From Gemmata obscuriglobus (GTDB lineage: Bacteria; Planctomycetota; Planctomycetia; Gemmatales; Gemmataceae), in NCBI RefSeq assembly GCF_008065095.1, contig NZ_CP042911.1, forward strand, positions 7,980,001-8,012,000: a DNA stretch of 32,000 bases, in the 5' to 3' direction. Numbering within the stretch: the first letter of the stretch is position 1; the number at the start of each line of letters is the position of its first letter. The translations under genes were made by a program, and so were the position numbers. Of this stretch, positions 28,614 to 32,000 are shown piece by piece. A model generated the notes under the pieces. The model was not told the origin of the DNA and made no database searches. It saw only the letters and a program-made list of their open reading frames with translations.

Positions 28614-28641
28614 TTGCGATAATCCGTTGCGACGATATAAT
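28614..28641 (+). promoter_or_regulatory. Sigma70-like promoter in the CRISPR leader
   Basis: TTGCGA (28614-28619), a 16-nt spacer, then a perfect TATAAT (28636-28641). The -10 element ends 14 nt before the first repeat (28656). It lies at the 3' end of the 238-nt (28418-28655) leader. Confidence 0.5.
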
Positions 28642-28655
28642 TTCTGAGAATCGAA

Positions 28656-31600
28656 GTTCTCCGCGGCTCATAGCCGCGGCCGAATTGAAGCTCCAGCGGC
28701 TCCACCGTGTACTCATCCGCATCGAGCAGGTTCTCCGCGGCTCATAGCCGCGGCCGAATTGAAGCAGCGGGTGCTGCCCATTCAGCACCCGTTTCGTGAA
28801 GGGTTCTCCGCGGCTCATAGCCGCGGCCGAATTGAAGCATTGAAATTTGCAAGGCAGGAACTTCGGTTCCTGCCGTTCTCCGCGGCTCATAGCCGCGGCC
28901 GAATTGAAGCAAGTTGGGCACTGGTTATGCGATCTTTGACGATAACGTTCTCCGCGGCTCATAGCCGCGGCCGAATTGAAGCCTGACGGTTATACCGGCA
29001 CCGGTCGCGCGGATTCCGGTTCTCCGCGGCTCATAGCCGCGGCCGAATTGAAGCCGGGCGGCGAGACTGTCAGCCCTGCGACGGCTGAGTTCTCCGCGGC
29101 TCATAGCCGCGGCCGAATTGAAGCCGCAGTGCCAACGTACATTCAAGTTGAAGACAATGAGTTCTCCGCGGCTCATAGCCGCGGCCGAATTGAAGCAACT
29201 TCTACCTTGACTACGCGAGTTGGAATCCCTCGGCGTTCTCCGCGGCTCATAGCCGCGGCCGAATTGAAGCCCTTCGTCCACCAACTTCTGAATACCGGGG
29301 ACGAGCGTTCTCCGCGGCTCATAGCCGCGGCCGAATTGAAGCTCGCCACCATTCATCGGCCACTTCTCGTAGAACAGCACGAGTTCTCCGCGGCTCATAG
29401 CCGCGGCCGAATTGAAGCCAGCGTTGTCTCGACAAAATGACTACCGCCCTGATGCAGTTCTCCGCGGCTCATAGCCGCGGCCGAATTGAAGCTGAAGGAT
29501 CAAGTCGAAGTTCGTCAGAAGACCGATGCGTTCTCCGCGGCTCATAGCCGCGGCCGAATTGAAGCAATCAAATCGCCACGGGTCAAGCGGCAGCGGTGGC
29601 CTTGTTCTCCGCGGCTCATAGCCGCGGCCGAATTGAAGCAGCCAGCGATCGCACACGTTTATTCCACTACCGCCGTGTTCTCCGCGGCTCATAGCCGCGG
29701 CCGAATTGAAGCGTCAACTGGTATTATGACAAACTTACCGTCGATCGGGTTCTCCGCGGCTCATAGCCGCGGCCGAATTGAAGCACACTCTGCGGTGTAA
29801 ACCGCAAATTCGATATTTCGGGTTCTCCGCGGCTCATAGCCGCGGCCGAATTGAAGCGACCTTAGTTGCTTCCTCTTCGTCGTCCTCTTCCTCGTTCTCC
29901 GCGGCTCATAGCCGCGGCCGAATTGAAGCTGGCCGCCGCGACAGTCTCGACGCCCTTGACCACTACGTTCTCCGCGGCTCATAGCCGCGGCCGAATTGAA
30001 GCAGCGAAGACTGCGTCCGAATAACTCGAAGCACTTGTTCTCCGCGGCTCATAGCCGCGGCCGAATTGAAGCCAAGGCACGGCCAAGGAAAAGGAAGCTC
30101 TCCAACAGGTTCTCCGCGGCTCATAGCCGCGGCCGAATTGAAGCCCGTTGGCGGCCGTGCCGCTGAGCAGCTCGCGGGCGTTCTCCGCGGCTCATAGCCG
30201 CGGCCGAATTGAAGCGCGTGCGTCTGGTTGTACGCCCCCACCGCCACCCGCAGCCGGTTCTCCGCGGCTCATAGCCGCGGCCGAATTGAAGCTGCTTGCC
30301 CATCAGCACGCCCGCGAGGTAGTCGGGGGTTCTCCGCGGCTCATAGCCGCGGCCGAATTGAAGCACGAGCCTCGCGGTGACGTTCGAGGCGAGCCCGGAC
30401 GGGTGTTCTCCGCGGCTCATAGCCGCGGCCGAATTGAAGCGGTCAACACGGCCGCGCGGGCCGCCGTGACCGAGAAGGGGTTCTCCGCGGCTCATAGCCG
30501 CGGCCGAATTGAAGCCTCACCGAGCTAGAAGGCTTTCCGCGGGGGCAGTACGTTCTCCGCGGCTCATAGCCGCGGCCGAATTGAAGCGGCTTGTGCCCCA
30601 GGTCCGTCCGCCACGAGTCGGCTTGTTCTCCGCGGCTCATAGCCGCGGCCGAATTGAAGCTCGACTTGGCCATGTGTGCAGGGTAGCCGTGCAACCGTTC
30701 TCCGCGGCTCATAGCCGCGGCCGAATTGAAGCTCTCCCATAGCTCGCTGCCCTAAAGACGTTGAACAGGTTCTCCGCGGCTCATAGCCGCGGCCGAATTG
30801 AAGCTTAAAGGTTCTTGCGCGGCCAGCAGCTAGCTCGGCTGTTCTCCGCGGCTCATAGCCGCGGCCGAATTGAAGCTACTTGGTTTGGTGGTGATGCTAA
30901 TACCCGGCTCTAGTTCTCCGCGGCTCATAGCCGCGGCCGAATTGAAGCTCTGACTTAACCGCAGGCACTACACCGGACGGCACAGGTTCTCCGCGGCTCA
31001 TAGCCGCGGCCGAATTGAAGCTTCGCACCCGGGTGGGCCGCCTTGCAGGCCCGCTGCCAGGTTCTCCGCGGCTCATAGCCGCGGCCGAATTGAAGCACAC
31101 TGACGTGCGAAGCGGGCCTGTGGCGGCTGGCGATGTTCTCCGCGGCTCATAGCCGCGGCCGAATTGAAGCCACGAACGGCGTAAACTGGCCCTTGCCCGG
31201 AACCGCGTTCTCCGCGGCTCATAGCCGCGGCCGAATTGAAGCCGTCTGCTCGCGTTGAGCGATTGTGTATAGCGTTTCGTTCTCCGCGGCTCATAGCCGC
31301 GGCCGAATTGAAGCCTGTATGCGGCCGCTTTGGTTTGAGTCGCGGTCACGTTCTCCGCGGCTCATAGCCGCGGCCGAATTGAAGCCACGGCTCGTCTGAC
31401 AGGTTTGGAGTTTCACCGCACGGGTTCTCCGCGGCTCATAGCCGCGGCCGAATTGAAGCCCAATTCGCAACTGCGCACACGTATTCCGCGGTACACGGCG
31501 CCGCCTCAGAAGTTCTCCGCGGCTCATAGCCGCGGCCGAATTGAAGCAGCCTGCCCCCGAGCGGCCGGCACGTGCGGCCGATGTTCTCCGCGGCTCATAG

Positions 31601-32000
31601 CCGCGGCCGAATTGAAGCCAGCTTTACCGCAAGGCCATCCGTGAGGGCAAGTGATGGTTCTCCGCGGCTCATAGCCGCGGCCGAATTGAAGCTGACCCTG
31701 ACGCCAGCCAGCCCCAACGCCAACGCGCGGGTTCTCCGCGGCTCATAGCCGCGGCCGAATTGAAGCGGTCAATTCGGCCGCGGCCTGGATCAGCGGCCCG
31801 GGTTCTCCGCGGCTCATAGCCGCGGCCGAATTGAAGCCGCTGCCGGTGGTCGAACTGGTATTCCGCACTGGTCGTTCTCCGCGGCTCATAGCCGCGGCCG
31901 AATTGAAGCAGGTCGCTCACCACCAGCGTGCGGGCGGGGATGTGGTTCTCCGCGGCTCATAGCCGCGGCCGAATTGAAGCCCAGCGCCGAGGAGCTGTCA
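28656..32000 (+). CRISPR. CRISPR array: at least 46 copies of a 36-nt repeat, truncated by the window edge
   Basis: The repeat GTTCTCCGCGGCTCATAGCCGCGGCCGAATTGAAGC has its first copy at 28656-28691 and its last complete copy at 31945-31980. I saw no variant copy by eye. There are 45 complete spacers of 34-41 nt (36 most common) plus one of 52 nt, and a partial 46th spacer at the edge. The repeat forms a 7-bp stem CCGCGGC/GCCGCGG with loop TCATA and ends in ATTGAAGC, a type I-style 5'-handle sequence. That ending supports + strand transcription, co-directional with the cas genes. Confidence 0.99.

Noticed and set aside
31480-31495. gtattccgcggtacac inside the 52-nt spacer, as a possible degenerate repeat.
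   Set aside because: Only the ccgcgg core matches the repeat. Accepting it would leave spacers of about 20 nt, and there is no ATTGAAGC tail.
28597-31923. Many 60-157-aa ORFs on both strands across the array, containing FSAAHSRGRIEA, LQFGRGYEPRRT and FNSAAAMSRGE.
   Set aside because: These peptide repeats are simply translations of the 36-nt CRISPR repeat in different frames and strands.

Overview
High-GC chromosomal window, probably from a Gemmata-like planctomycete. The evidence is two paralogues carrying the N-terminal TIGR02996-type 'repeat-companion' motif, PQQ/BamB-like propellers, and Arg/Gly/Pro-rich shadow ORFs in all frames. Positions 1-18.1 kb hold ordinary genes: a secreted prenyltransferase/HEAT-repeat protein, a PQQ-propeller membrane protein, MarR, a TlpA-like thioredoxin, a DUF2314-ankyrin protein, a Gfo/Idh/MocA oxidoreductase, a HEPN protein with an overlapping partner, a B12-binding radical SAM enzyme, two TIGR02996 proteins, an RluA pseudouridine synthase and citrate synthase. 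This stretch also holds two gene relics (an IS transposase 3' fragment and a frameshifted DUF1080 fragment) and a 1.2 kb gene-poor stretch. From 18.66 kb to the window edge lies a complete type I-G (formerly I-U)-like CRISPR-Cas locus: cas4-cas1 fusion, cas2, cas3 with a C-terminal HD domain, a short Csb3/Cas8u-like protein, csb1 (cas7), csb2 (cas5-cas6 fusion), a second Cas8u-like paralogue with no ATG start, and a frameshifted third partial copy of that paralogue. A leader with a sigma70-like promoter follows, then an array of at least 46 identical 36-nt repeats that runs off the window. The most interesting signal is the large-subunit complement of this locus. I see no canonical ~700-aa Csx17. 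Instead there are three copies of one short Cas8u/Csb3-like family, a repeated 'Cas3 tail / Cas8 head' junction, and patchy G+C across the operon. All homology statements are by-eye motif recognition; no searches were run.
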